DNA from: Raja brachyura | Taxonomy: Eukaryota | Direction: 5' to 3' | NCBI GenBank assembly: GCA_963514005.1 | Contig: OY740781.1 | Coordinates: 29,760,001 to 29,824,000 of the forward strand | DNA: 64,000 nt | In this document: positions 1 through 14,052 of the stretch, in pieces | Numbering within the stretch: position 1 is the stretch's first letter | How the letters are laid out: the number at the start of each line of letters is the position of its first letter | Notes under the pieces: generated by a model | The model's database searches: none | What the model was told of the DNA's origin: nothing | What the model saw: only the letters and a program-made list of their open reading frames with translations | Made by a program: the position numbers and the translations under genes

Positions 1-1159
1 GCGCTCATCGCATGGAGTCGGATGCTGGTAGGACAGGCCCTTTATACAGGTTCAGTATTAACTGGAGATACTGCTTTGGAGAGTGCACTCCAACAAGCCG
101 TTTTATTGTGATTTATATGGGTGAGAAATTCCTCTTTTCCTGAAAAAAAAGTGGGAGAATCAAAGCTTGTTTTCTTTCTCTATCATTGATAAGCCTGAAA
201 TGAATCGCATAAAGATATAACTCAAAAGCATAATTTTTATTTCAGAGAAAAGCAGGTGTCTTGAGAGTGTAACTCTGAGTCTGTCTCCAATTTGTAGTGG
301 GCTGTGGTTTATACAAGTTCACTTCACAAATCCTGCTCCCTTTCATGGAAGGAGCTAATGGGCCTTTAAAAGGCTTTGCATTCCAGTCCACGGAAGAGGT
401 GACCATGATGTCGAACAGCGCCCCTTATGATATTCGCTGGATTTTCACAACCAAAAAACTCCCTCATATTTTCCACCCCCCCTGTAATCTACAGCCTTTT
501 AAAAACCCCACTGTGGGTTTCAACAGGACACACATTACTGACTTAACTTGCCTGTTGTTCACAACAGCGCTGTACTTGTTCTTCACCTTACTCTGAAGCT
601 GATCAGCAGTTAGATGTGAGAATTGGGTTCAATTCGGCAAAATGTATTTTTGCATTTTAAGCCAAATATGAATTTATTTCAGGGAGCAGAGGGGAGGGAA
701 GGGATCCAGACGAAGGTGTAATTCTTTTCCGAGTTCGTGCTGATGAGACTGGGTGGAGCCCAGTCTGCAAGACCCAGAGGACTGGGACCAAACCCAAGTG
801 CAAATCAAAACCAGTCCTCAGCCAAAAGCTTCCTTGGCTTCATAGCAGGGAAGGAAACTAGGAAAGGAATGAAATATCCATAAACAAGAAGCAGACGACC
901 ACATCCCTCTGGGTAATGCTCAAGGCCGTAGTCAAATTAAAGAGAAACGTTACCATCCTACCATCAGGAGGTGAAAAAAAATTAAACAAACACAACACAG
1001 TGCAGCCATTGTTTGTTTTTCTCCCTCGTTCTGCCCTGAAAATTTCACTCGTCAGTGCTAGTCCTGCCTGTTTTCTTCACTTTCTCTACGCCGTCCTGGA
1101 AAGGCTGTATTTTTATTGTATTTCCCTTCTTCTGGTGGTTCATATTTCTTCCCTTCAGT

Positions 1160-1300
1160 TTTGAGGAAGCATGGGCATTAGTCCTAGTGCCCTGACCAAC
1201 ATCCCTCGCTCAGCCAATGCAATTAAAACACATTAATTGATTTGCTTTGCCGTCAGTGGCAGTACTTTGCTGTGCAGAAAATGGTTGCTGCAGTTGAATG
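1160..1300 (+). mobile_element. DeuSINE core remnant
   Basis: GTGCCCTGACCAACATCCCTC...TTGCTGTGCAGAAAATGGTTGCTGCA resembles the Deu domain. Confidence 0.5.
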
Positions 1301-1696
1301 CAGCAATTGGGCCACCAAATCAGTCATTCCTCTGGACCTACCCGGCAGAAATATTAAAAAAACGGCACATTTTGTTTTGCATGAGGCGATCTGATGTTTA
1401 ACACAGCAATTGGAGAAATTCTGCTCAGTTTGATTAAAAAATGTGTTAAGGAAGTCCAAGGCATTGGATGCTAACATGGGCCAAGTGCTAGAAATGGGAA
1501 GAGTATGGATAGGTACTTGGTAGTTGGCGAAGGCTTAGTGTTTTGCTGTACGACTTTGTGACTATAAAAGTGCTCAAGGACATGAAATTATGTATGTGCC
1601 ACTTAAATCAAGATACTCCTGGGGGAAACGTTTGCATATGACATCCGACCGTGCCAAAATGTACAAAGTGGATACTTAGTATTATAGAAGAAGGGA

Positions 1697-1990
1697 GGCA
1701 TAGTGGTGCAACGGTAGAGTTACTGCCTTACAGCGCCAGAGACCTGGGTTCGATCCCGACTATGGGTGCTGTATACACAGAGTTTGTACCTTCTCCCCGT
1801 AAGCTGCGTGCGTTTTCTTTGAGATCCCAAGTTTCCAGCCACATCCCAAAGGCGTAGGCTAATTGGCATGGTATAATCGCAAATTGTCCCTAGTGCATGC
1901 AGGACAATGTTAGCGTACGGAGATCACTGGTCAGCGCGGACTCAGTGGGCCGAAGGGCCCGTTTCCGCACTGATCTCTAAACCGAACTAA
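1697..1990 (+). mobile_element. tRNA-derived SINE (HE1/V-SINE-like)
   Basis: Pol III A-box (TGGTGCAACGG) and B-box (GGTTCGATCCC), central domain, LINE-like tail with (AAACT)n. Confidence 0.85.
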
Positions 1991-4416
1991 CTAGCTGAGG
2001 AACTGCATATTAACAAATAAGGACAGGAAGATGAGTCACAAATTGCAATGAAGCCACTGGTTCGACAGGTGGGCACATGATCCATCATGCTGGGACAGTC
2101 CACTTTCAACTACACCGCTGGTATTTTTATTGCGCTGTCAGTAAGACTTATGGTAAAGTAATTGCACATTGCAGACCAAGAAGATTGTCAGGTCAACACC
2201 CAAAATGTGTGGCAGCTCTTCCTCAAACAGAAATCTGCAAGATGGTAACTGAAACTAGCTTGCTGCATGTACCGGCCGCTTTACACCCATAGAACATTCA
2301 CACATCACGTTCCAATGTTGTGCCACAAACACACTCGTGATACTCCACATTCATCACTTGTTCGCTGCCATTGGGAGCAGCTGAAGTCTTCATTCAACAT
2401 TAGCCGCAGCAGTTCAAGATTCCTCATTCGGAAGCAACCGCATTTAAAATCTGCCTGTGCCTTAAAGAGAATGCTTCTACTAAACTTGGGGAGAACAACT
2501 GATACATGAGGAAGTGGAGTTTCCCCTTTCCATTTCCCTATTGCCCTTCTCCAATGGGCAACCAATGCTTATTCAAGCAGTCTTTCTTTCTATACGAGTC
2601 CATAACAGAATGTTTTACTTGAACATGGCTTTATATCCTAGTCTCAATTTAGCAGGTTACTCCATTCCCTTGGTCTAAAGTTAACCGAGGTCAGTTATAT
2701 CACCCCACAGCCAATAAAAATGAGAACAGAAAAATAAAGTGATTTTATCCCCTCCAAACTGTTTCCTCCCCCACCCTAAACCTATTTTAGTCATACAGTG
2801 TGGAAACAGGCTCTTCAACCCAACCTGCCCGTGCCAACCAACATGTCCCATCAACACTAGTCCCACGTGACAGTCTGGCCCATATCTCTCTAAACCTAAC
2901 CTATCCACGTACTGTCCAAATGTCTTTCAAACCCAGTGATAGTACCTACCTCAACTACCTGCTCTGGCAACTCAGTCCATACACCAGTCACACTTTGTTT
3001 AACGAAGTTGTCATTCATGTACCTATTCAATTTCATTCCTCCTCCTCTCCTCCCCCCCCCCCTCCGAATTTTGATTCCCCTACTCCGAGGAAAATAATCT
3101 CTGCATTTAATCTATTTGTTCCGCCCATAATCTTATACACCTCTATAAGATCAACCCTCATCCTCCAGTGCTTCAAGCAATAAAGTCCTATAAAGTCTGC
3201 ATGGACAGGGGGGTGCGGGGTTCCGGGTCCTCAAAGAGCACAGATGGAAGATAAATGATCAATACTGGGGGCGGTGGAGGGGGAGGGGGAGGCGCTTTGG
3301 TGACAGTAATGGTTGACATTTCTTTTCTCTCCGAGTGTGACCAGCAGATGTGCGAGCTGTTGCTCATGTCATGAAACAGCATCAAGTGGAGATAACCTGA
3401 GACTGAGACTTGCTGAAGAAAAAAAATACACACAAACACATGAGGAAACATCGCCATGGCAGCAGGCGGGGAGCCAAGCTAGCGCCTGTGGGTCATTTAA
3501 TCCCGAGTCCTGCTCGGTGCCAGAGACAAGGCAGTGTTAGTTATCTTTTACACAGTGGAGCGCAAAGGTCAGTACGAGACGGCACCAGCATGTCCTCTCG
3601 GTGAAGGCAAATGTGATGTGCAGCTGATAAGGTTTCTCTGAAGCCTCTCCCCCCCCCCCCCCTGCACTACACCTCCTTCCCCCACCTCAAATAGTCCTCA
3701 ATCAAGAGGTCAGCCAATGCCTATTATGGCCATGGCCTCAACCAACCTTCGGTAAAATGCTATGGGGCTCAGTTTATGGAGGCTGGGTTTCAGCTGACTC
3801 TTGGCTCAACACAACGTCTGTCTAATGCTTCTCTTGACCTCTCCGCCACTTGGCAGAACGCCGAGAAGCAAGAAACGCAGAAAGATACATATGTCCTCTT
3901 AAGACACAAGTCAAAGATGAAACGGTTCTGTGAGGTTTAGACATTTCTTTAGCAAGATCCTCCGTAATCAGCTGTAAGAACAGGTGTCAAGGGTTATGGG
4001 GAGAAGGCAGGGAAATGGGGTTAGGAGGCAGCGATCAGCCATGTTTGAATGGTGGAATAGGCTTGATGGGCCGAATTACCTAATTCTACTCTCATAACCT
4101 GTAATCTCCAACAAAATGCTTTCATGGATTTACTCAAAGGTTGGTGAGTATTTTTAACCAGCTGCCACAGGGTGTAGCTGAGGCTGGCACTATAAGAACA
4201 TTTAAAATACACCTGGACAGGTACATGGATAGGAAAGGTTGAGAAGGATGCGGGCCAAACATGGGTAAATTGAACCATCTTAGATGGGGCATCTTTGTCG
4301 GCATGAAAGGTTGAAATCACGAATTCAATGATATGCTCAAGTTACTAAAATATGTGGAGCTACGAAAATGTAGGAGTTAGTAACTGCAAGGCCACATTGC
4401 ATGTGGGTATTGATTA

Positions 4417-4897
4417 CATAGAAACATAGAAAATAGGTGCAGGAGTAGGCCATTCGGCCCTTCGAGCCTGCACCGCCATTCAATGTGATCATGGCTGATC
4501 ATCCAACTCAGTATCCCGTACCTGCCTTCTCTCCATACCCCCTGATCCCTTTAGCCACAAGTGCCACATCTAACGCCCTCTTAAATATAGCCAATGAACT
4601 GGCCTCAACTACCTTCTGTGGCAGAGAATTCCAGAGACTCACCACTCTCTGTGTAAAGAATGTTTTCCTCATTTCGGTCCTAAAGGAATTCCCCCTTATC
4701 CTTAGACTGTGACCCCTTGTTCTGGACTCCCCCAACATCGGGAACAATCTTCCAGCATCTAGCTTGTCCAACCCCTTAAGAATTTTGTAGGTTTCTATAA
4801 GATCCCCCCTCAATCTTCTAAATTCCATCGAGTACAAACCGAGTCTATCCAATCTTTCCTCATATGAAAGTCCTGACATCCCAGGAATCAGTCTGGT
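4417..4897 (-). mobile_element. CR1 3' fragment, young subfamily
   Basis: Peptide and 3' UTR nearly identical to the 52201-55330 copy. Confidence 0.92.
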
Positions 4898-5940
4898 AGC
4901 AGATTGTAGCAGTTACTTCAATTGGTGAATTCTGCTTGGTGACTGTGTGATTTAAACCATGTGGGAAGGGTTATGATATCCCCCTTGTAGCTAGACTCTC
5001 TCCCCTCATCGTTTAGCCTCACGCAAGTACTATATATAACATTTAAAAACATCTGGATAGGAAAGGTTCAGAGGGAAATGGGACAAACAGCGACAGGTGG
5101 GACTAGTATCTTGGTCGGCGCAGGCAAGTCGGGCCGAAGGGCCTGCTTCTAATCTGCAAGTCCCAACCACTCAAAATTGGAATAGCTGAGTGAATGAAGT
5201 ACCCTCAAAAATAATGAAAAGAGCTGTTTACAAAGTTGTGGTAGTCCTGTAAAAATGTGCATTTCCTTTAGCTTCAATAAAATCTATGTTATTCCAGAAT
5301 TTAATCTTCTGATTTTCAGGAATCTTTTGGTGTGGTGGTATGTGAATCAAGTTTCCTCCCACCTTGGAAGCTGCTCATGTTCAATATTGCCGTGGGGCAA
5401 GTTCCAACATCTAGCCAGAAGTTACACCCGCCATCACCAAGATAGGGAGGAGAAGAAAAGTTCCAAGAGACAGTTTGCAGTAAAAAACTGAAGAGTTTTT
5501 AAGATTTTGTAAAAAAAAGTCAAACAACAGCCTTTGATGGGCCTCTTCAAATATCAAGCCCCTGCCCCACCCACCCACAAAAGTAAAAGCCCACCCTGCC
5601 GGTGAAAAGAAGGGAGCTAAAGGCAGAGCAGCAGTGAGCAAGAGGAGAGATGGGGGTGGGGTGGGTGTGGAAGACCAACAGCTACACACAGACCCTGCCA
5701 AGTCCCAGGCTCCACACTTCACTGGCTGCTGCATTTTGTTCTAGTCATGTGACGTGCGAGAGGCTAACTGCAAGGCTCCCAGTCTGGCAGACGGCCTAGA
5801 GAGCAATAAAGGCTTTTCATGGCCAAGTTAACCCTTCGGTAATTTCCTGCAGTCTGCCATTTGTTTTACATTCAAGAAGCACAAGTGAAACATAGCCAGC
5901 CCGCACTACAAGCAGAGTGGCCAATTCTTCAGTGGTCGCG

Positions 5941-6156
5941 GTTTAGTTTAGTGATACAGTGCGGGAACAGGCCTTTCGGCCCACCGAGTCCACGCCGACC
6001 AGCGATCCCCACACACCATGGACAATTTAACCAAGCCAATTAGCCTACAAATCTGTATGGCTTTGGAGAGCGTGACGAAACCGGAGCACCCGGGGGAAAA
6101 CCCACGCACCTCACGGGGAGAACGTACACGTACAGACACACACATACTCAGGATGA
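5941..6156 (-). mobile_element. HE1-like SINE (partial)
   Basis: Reverse-complement match to 1697-1990. Confidence 0.8.
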
Positions 6157-9100
6157 GCATAATTTGCAGAGGCGACGCTTCAAATGATCTCCTTTAAGCA
6201 TTCTGCTGCATCTGTACCCTTCAGTGCCCCTAAGTCGACTAAAAGAGAAGATTTCAAATCAAGAGCTAAATGAAAATGTCTTAACTCAGCATACTGCATG
6301 AGCAAAGACATTTGACAAACCATTCTCCCTGCCCCAACAAGAACAATATGAATTAACTGCTGCCACTGTTTCTAATTATTGTGAGGACTGAATATTTTGA
6401 TTCACTGTCCTCCTCTACCCCACCCCTTCCACAGAACCAAGTACATTCAGGATTTTATGGGCACTTTCCAATTACCAGCTCTGGTAAAATTAACCTACCA
6501 TTCACCACTCAATAGACAATAGGTGCAGGAGTAGGCCATTTGGCCCTTCGAGCCAGCACCACCATTCACTGTGTTCATCCACAATCAGTACTCCTACCAC
6601 TTTCAATTTGTACAAGCTAAATGAAAGACAAGGCATACTACCGAGCACTTTGGTTAGTTAAACCCAGCGATAAGCATCCCTGAAATGTATTGGCATTTCT
6701 GGAACCCACATAATTTGCTTTGGGATTTGTGAAAACAAGAACTAAAGGTGTTGTGGTAAAGTTCTCGACGGGTGATATTGGAGTTTTGAGGGTTAATGAG
6801 GTCTGAAAAGGTTCCCTGCATGCCTTCACTGCCGAGCCAATACTCACTCACCACTCCCAAAATCTTCATTCATACCATGAAGGAGCACGGCCAGTGAATT
6901 GACGGTCATCTCTGTGCTTTCACGAGGAGAAACTACTTTGTCGTTGCCCCAGGGATTAACTTTCTTCCTGCAGTTGCCGGAGGAACTTGGCCAGTCTCTG
7001 GTTCCAGCCTCTAGAGCTTCCTCCAGCCCTGAGAACTGAGCCCCATTCATTCCTCGAGCTGACCAGCTCCACATACGCTGGAGACACGGGATAAACAGAG
7101 GGAAGCGAGGGACAGATCAGTGATGAAAGAAGCGGGCAAGAGTTGAAAATACCGAGCTAAGAGGAATTAAAGGGAGAGCACAGATAATATAAGTATATGG
7201 TGCACAGCACAAATATCTTAGGAGAGCAGTAAAACACGGTGGAAATTGAAGAGGATAAAAATAAAACATGGAACAGTACAGCACAGGAACAGGCCATTCG
7301 GCCCACAATGTCCGACAGAACATGAGGTCAGGATCAATTCTTAATGGCCTGCGCATAATCCACGTCTATCCAAAAGTATCTTCTAAGTGCCTTTAACAAA
7401 TCTGCCCCAACCCCAGTCCCTGACAGAGCATTGCAGGCACTCACCACCCTATGTGTAAAAAAACTTGCTCCCGCACATCACATAGAGTGATACAATATGA
7501 AAACAGGCCCTTCAGCCCACCTTGCTCACACCATCCAACATGTCCCAGCTACACTAGACCCAGCTGCCTGCGTGTGGTCCATATCCCTCCTAACCTGTCC
7601 TATCCATGTCCTATTCGTAAACGTTGGGACAGTCAAATGGGATTGTCATCTCCTTTGCGCTTTGCTCTTCTCAGCTTAAAGCTGTGTCCCCCAGTATTTG
7701 ATGTTTTCATACTGGGGAAAAAAAGGTTCTGACTGTCTACCTTATCTATGCCTCTCATAATTTTATATACTTCTATCAGGTATCAGCAGCCTCCAACGAT
7801 GCGGGGTTAGCACAGGATTGGTGTCAATGTGTAGTTGCCGGTTTGCACCAACTTGATGGGCCATAGGACCCGTCTCTCTCGGTGACCCTCAATGGGCGAG
7901 GTGAAATGCGTGGTCCGTCTTAGACCCAGGCTTGATGAGGCTTGGGAGTTACAGAAATTGTGACAGAGAAGCAGATAGGAAACGGCAGGATACAAGTACA
8001 ACATAGAAAAAGAGAGAAGAAGTAGAAAAAGAACTAAAGGCAAAACTGACGAAGGAAGAAGAGGAGGCCGGAAGAAGGGAAGCTACGATACAGTGTGCTG
8101 AGTGGAGCAACGGGCTCGCAGACTCCATGCACAGGATCATTGGCTTTCATTACTGAAAATATGGAACAGCACAAACCCAGAGCTCCACCCTTAGTCTGTG
8201 GGAACTAATCCACAGGGGCTCATCTTACCTCAGTTTCACGGGGGGCGGGGTGGGAATGCAAATTGGCAGAGGGATGGTTTTGGAGCCAGAGAGGAAGGTG
8301 GAGAAAGAAGGACAGCAAGTGCTAGAGAGACTGGAACAGGGGTGGAAGGTGACGGGAAATGCGTTGGTGGCGGAAAAAGCAAAACCAAGTGCAGTCCAAC
8401 AATTAAATCTGTAACAATACAACTCATACAACACTCCTGCACAATATCAACCGGGTACAAAGTACAGATTTTTAAATTATATGCTTTGTATTTGTAAATG
8501 CTTGAAGCGTTCTTGCTGCATTGTATGTAATACTACTTGTGAACAATAGTTGGTGCTTTAAAGATTGTCACGTGACTGACTACTCTCTGTGCTGCAGCCT
8601 TGAGGATAAAAGGTCTGAAGCAGTCGATGAAGAACTCTTCAATGAGCTGTTGTTCCTTGTCTCTGTGAGTTCCCACTGCCTGATGCGTGTGCATCTGCAC
8701 TTTCTACAATGGACTTTGCCGGAGCTCAAGGATTCAGTGAACACACACACACACTACAGAGATGAGCTTCCAAGGACGGACAGAGTCTGCGGAAAGAGTC
8801 TCAGGCTGAGGGAAGCATACAATTGTCTCCCAGTTCCTCCCCTCAGTTCACACTGCCCCCATCCGCCTACAAGCGCAGCTGGGAGAGGACAAGGTGAACA
8901 TAAAGCAGGTCAAGTGTGAAAGGCATGGATACGGTAGACAGTCCGAACCTTTCTTTCCTCTGGTGTAAACTTTAAAAGCTTTAAGGGATATGTGCGGGGG
9001 GCATGGGTGCTGGAGGAGGCAGATACAACAGTGGTGGTTCAGATGCTTTAAGATATTTAGGTGGATATGCAAGCAATGGAGGGCTATGGAGCACATGCAG

Positions 9101-9439
9101 GCAGACGAGATTACAATTGGCATCATGTTTGGCACAGACATTGTGGGCCAAAGGACCTTGTTCCTCTGTCGTAGTGTTCCATGTTCTGTTGAATTCAACC
9201 TTGATCCCTTCAACTACAGCTTCACACAATCGCACAGACATAAATAGGTCGCAAAGGCTGATAGAGGAAGAGGGAGCGAATAAATCTAAACAACGTAGCA
9301 GAGAAATGCAACGCAGATGAGGTCCATGTTCAAATCCTGGCCTGTCCCAATTAATCTACAACGTGCTATTCTTGACCCAGGTATGAAGCTGTGCATCGAG
9401 GAGGAGAGGATTGGGGTGGGGAAGCTGAGCAGATGTTCA

Positions 9440-9770
9440 CAAGTTATAGGAGCAGAATTAGACCATTCGGACAATCAAGTCTACTCCACCTTTCAATCAT
9501 AGCTGATCTCTACCCCCTATTCTCAATTTCCTGCCTTCTCCCCATAACACCCGTTCTAATCAAAAATCTGTCTATCTCTGCCTTAAAAATATCCACTGCT
9601 TGGGCCTCCACAGCCCTCTATGACAATGAGTTCCACAGATTTAACTACCCTCTGACTAAATAAGTTCCTCCTCCCCCCTTTTCTAAATAAGTTCCTCCTC
9701 CCCCCCCCCCCCTTCCTAGACCCTCCCACCAGTGGAAGCATCCTTTCCACATCCACTCTATCTATGCTCC
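9440..9770 (-). mobile_element. CR1 3' fragment
   Basis: DRVDVERMLPLVG...FSQRVV remnant; internal duplication of AAATAAGTTCCTCCTCCCCCC. Confidence 0.75.
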
Positions 9771-9920
9771 TCCAATGATCCTGGCTGGATGAGGTACATG
9801 CGTGTGATGACCCAGTGACACCAGTTGCAAACACTTCCCGAGGACAGTCTCCTGCCAAGATGCACCACTGAAAATCACAGGGCAAGAGAAAACTCTGGAA
9901 TAAGATGTCTGCCACGGACC

Positions 9921-10205
9921 TTTAGCCAGAGACACAGCATGAAAGCAGGCTGTCGCGCCCAGAGTCCACGCTGACCACCAATCATTCAATGTTATCCCAC
10001 CTTTGCATCCACTCCCTACCCAATAGGGGCAATTTACAGAGGCCAATTGACCTACAAACCCGCAACGTCTTTGAGATGTGGGAGGAAACCGGAGAACCTG
10101 GAGGAAACCCAACGCGGTCACAGGGAGAACGTGCAAACACCCCACAGCCAGCTTCTGAGGTCAGGATCGAACCCGGGTCTGTGGCACCGAGAAACAGCGG
10201 CCTTG
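9921..10205 (-). mobile_element. HE1-like SINE
   Basis: B-box GGTTCGATCC on minus; same body. Confidence 0.75.
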
Positions 10206-11884
10206 TTCCTCTGTCGGAGGAATCTACCAGTTTCCCAAAAAAAACAAGGTGTGGTGGGGAGCTGGGTGGAGGGGACAGAAGCGCAACCAGTTTTCGATCC
10301 AAAACATCACATTCTCTCTGAGCAAAGCAAAGCAAAAGTGCTTTGCAACATTCACTCTTGTACCAAAACTATAAAGTCAATTAAAACTTTTTTTTTATTT
10401 TTTAAATGCTACAAAGTCTTCCTCTGTGGTTTTCAACGATCAAAACAAACGTAGCTTTGAGAAGCAAGAAAGCGAAGCACCATCCCCACCACCCTGCGGT
10501 CTCTGCTGCTTTTTGCACAGAGAAGCGGATCCAGCAGTGCCTGAACTCAACGAGCAGCAAGCCCGACATTCAGAAATGCAAGGGAGAGAATGCCAGAAGG
10601 GAGCCTGGAAAACTGAACTGCCTCAAATATTTACAGACAAGACATTGATTTAAAGAAAATGAAGTCTGGGTGTATTCAGGCAAACTTATTTCAGGTCCTG
10701 GGAAATGACTGGGGAGGGAAATAAAAGGATTACAAAGCTTTTATACCATTCTTTAAAAAAAAAACAGATCAATTCCCGTCGACTCTCAACCCAGTTCAAT
10801 GGTTTGCAGGTCCCTGTGGACAGGCATCCTATGTTCCCAGTTCTTCGTTACTTTCTCTTGCAAGATTCAGGGCAACATTAGCTTCCTCCCACCCTCAAGT
10901 GCCATCCTCTCCACCCCACATCCCTTCCACTCTTCTTCCCCACCAATGGCAAGACTACGTGTTCAATGCTTTTCGAGAAGCATCACGTTTTAATAGCAAG
11001 ATCCTGAGAATTCTTGCTATGTCTCTCTCTCTCTCTCTTCCTCCCAGTCACTCTCTCTCTCCCCTTGCACAAGCCTCGGACCCAGGAGAATAGGTTCAGC
11101 CTTTCCAGAAATCTGAATGGGTTTCAGGAAATGCAATTGATTTTCAGGTGCAGCTGCGTTCCATTAACGGCACAGAGGAGACTGAGATAGAGAGGGAGAG
11201 AGGCGGGAGCCAGGGTAGATGGGCAGAGACAGAGAGGGACATAGTGGCGGCCTGGGCCAACCAGTCTGAATGATGTTTATGAAGTACGCTGTGCACACAT
11301 TTCCCAAATTACATTCGTGCCTCCTGTTTAAAAGCACCTCACTGGCTGCTAAATGACTGGGACATCCCCAGGACATATACACGCACGCATACAGGTTGCC
11401 AATACAGACTGCCTGGGCCACACCATAAAAAGCCACGAGACCCATGTACTTGAGATTTATGTTGTCCCACCATTGAAAAGCAAGTGCTGTAAGTGTAGTT
11501 CGGGAGAAAACAAACTATTTAATTTCAGGTGTCTGAATGGTTGACACATGGATGTGCAAAGAATGCTGTGGAGTAACTCAGCAGGTCAGGCAGCATCTCT
11601 GGAGAAAAGGGAATAGGTGACGTTTTGGGTAGGAACCCTTCTTCAGACTGAAAGTAGAGGTGAGGTGGGGAGAAATAAACTAGGGGCACAAGATGCATGG
11701 AGCATCTTCGTTCCCCATGAGTACCACTGAGCTTTGTGCACAGTCCTGTCAGGATCAGCAGGTTCAGCCGGCAGTCATGTTAACATCCTCTGTATTGGAA
11801 TCGACAGTACCAGCAAAGTGAGTCAGGAGCTGTGGGTGGACAATACTTTGACTGAATCCACTGTCGTGGGAATTCATAAGCATG

Positions 11885-12188
11885 TTTGTTTAGTTTAATT
11901 CAGAGATACAGGGTGGAAACAGGCCCTTCAACCCACACCGACCAGCGATTCCCGCACATCAACACTATCCTGCACACACTAGGGACAATTTTCCAATTAC
12001 ACCAAGCCAGTTAGTCTACAAACCTGTACGTCTTTGGGAGTGTGGGGGGAAACTAGAGATCCCGGAGAAAATCCACGCAGGTCACAGGGAGAAGTGCAAA
12101 CTTCTTACAGACAGCACCCGTGGTCAGGATGGAACCAGAGTCTGCGGCGTTGTAAGGCAGCAACTCTATCACTGTACCACAATGCCAC
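11885..12188 (-). mobile_element. HE1-like SINE (full length)
   Basis: Full reverse-complement match to 1697-1990. Confidence 0.85.
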
Positions 12189-12431
12189 TCTACAGTTGCA
12201 GCCTATGTATAGCGATTATGTACACACATGCGGAAGGTGAAGCTGTCGATGCCCAGGCACCTTAATAGCACCTGGCATGAGGAACTCTGAAGGAATATAT
12301 AGATGTACAGCACAGGAACATACTGCCCAGTTAAAAATTATATCTTCTGCTTGTACATGATCTATGCATTCCCTGCATATCTGTGTGCCTATCTAAAAGC
12401 CTCTTGGAGCCTTCACCAGCACTCCTGGCAG

Positions 12432-12792
12432 CATATAAGATTCTGACAGGAATGGACATGCTAGATTCATGAAAAATGTTCCCTATGTTTGGGGGAGTCC
12501 AGAACCAAGTGTCACTGTTTAAGAATATGGGGGTGGCCATTTAGGACTGAGATGAGGAAAAACGTTTTCACCCAGACAGCTGTGATTCGGTGGAATTCTC
12601 TGCCACACATGGCAGTAGAGGCCAATGCACTGGATGTTTTCAAGAGCGAGTCAGATTTAGCTCTCAGGGCCAAAGAAAGCAGGGGATATGGGTAAAAAGC
12701 AGGAACGAGGTACTGATTTTAGATGATCAGATTGAATGGTGGCGCTGGCTCGAAGGGCCAAATGGCCTACTGCTGCACCTATTTTCTATGTT
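12432..12792 (+). mobile_element. CR1 3' fragment
   Basis: GESRTK..LRI.G.PFRTEMRKNVFTQ remnant plus CR1 3' UTR. Confidence 0.85.
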
Positions 12793-14052
12793 CCAGGCAC
12801 GCCCCATTACTTTGTTTGTTGCACCTTAAAACTGTGCCTGTAGTGCTCTGACATTTCTCTCCTGGGGAAAAAAGATTCTGACTGACGATCTATGCCTCTC
12901 ATAATTTTATAAACTTCTATCAGGTCTCCCCTTCAACCTCTGGCACTCCAGAGACACCAATATAAGTTTGTCCAACCTTATAGCTAATACCCTCTAACCC
13001 AGGCAGCATTTTGATCAACCTCTTCTGCGTCCTCTCCATCCTTCCAGATGTTCCAGAGTTCTGTTTGTAACCCGAACAGTTCAAAAATCAGCAATGTGAC
13101 CATGACCTGCCTTCTAACACTGCAGAAGGTGGCTGCAGATATGGGTTATCCCATTGCAATAAATAAATACTCATGAAGCATTTTAGATCTTGTTCTGCCA
13201 CTCTTGATAGTACAGCTGATTTTACAACTTTAGCCCACAGTTGTCTCGGGCTAATAACAATAGCCGTTTAAAAGGCATTGATAGGACAGGTTTGCAGGGA
13301 TATGGAGCAAATGCAGGCAGGTGGGACTAGTGTAGCTGGGACATGTTGGCCAGTGTGGACAAGTTGGGCCAAATGGCCTGTTGCCAAACTATCTCATTCT
13401 ACGACTCAGTAAAAGATTTACAGCCGATGCGTATTGAAATGCTATAGACTGAAAATGGACACTGCTGTTGCTTGCCCCGGACGGACAGCGTGTCTCCAGA
13501 TAGGATTGGCAAAATGGAGACATCAACATGTTAACTAGACAGTATTCTTCCTGGGTCTGATGTGGCAAAATTCCAGCTAGTGTTAAGAACAGTTGCTGCA
13601 GCCTCGCGGCAGCCGGCAAATCCATCCCGCCGGTCTCCCAAACACCTGTTCACATAAGCCTGCCGTTCATAAACCGGGGATGACCTGCAAAAGGTTGTTT
13701 TGAAGAAGGATCCGAAGGACCCGAAACATCGCCTATCCATGTTCTCCCGCGATGCTGCCTGACCGGCTGAGTTACTCCAGCACTTTGTGTCTTATTTTAT
13801 AAACCAGCGTCTGCAGTTCCTTGTTTCTGCAAGGGCCTCATATGTTTTGGGGACTCCGGCTGCAGCTTAGATATAGAGGTTTCCATAAACTGCAACAGGC
13901 CACCACTCTGTGACATCATTGGCAAAATGCCACGGCTTGTCTATTCAATGATCGAGATGACTATCTGGTCAATCAACCCCATTCTGGGTACAGAACAACC
14001 GAGGAATAGATAGAATGACCATGGCTTCAGAAATTCAGCTGGAACCTGGAAG

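Noticed and set aside
1697-1775. tRNA gene
   Set aside because: The A/B boxes belong to a SINE head and continue into the SINE body.
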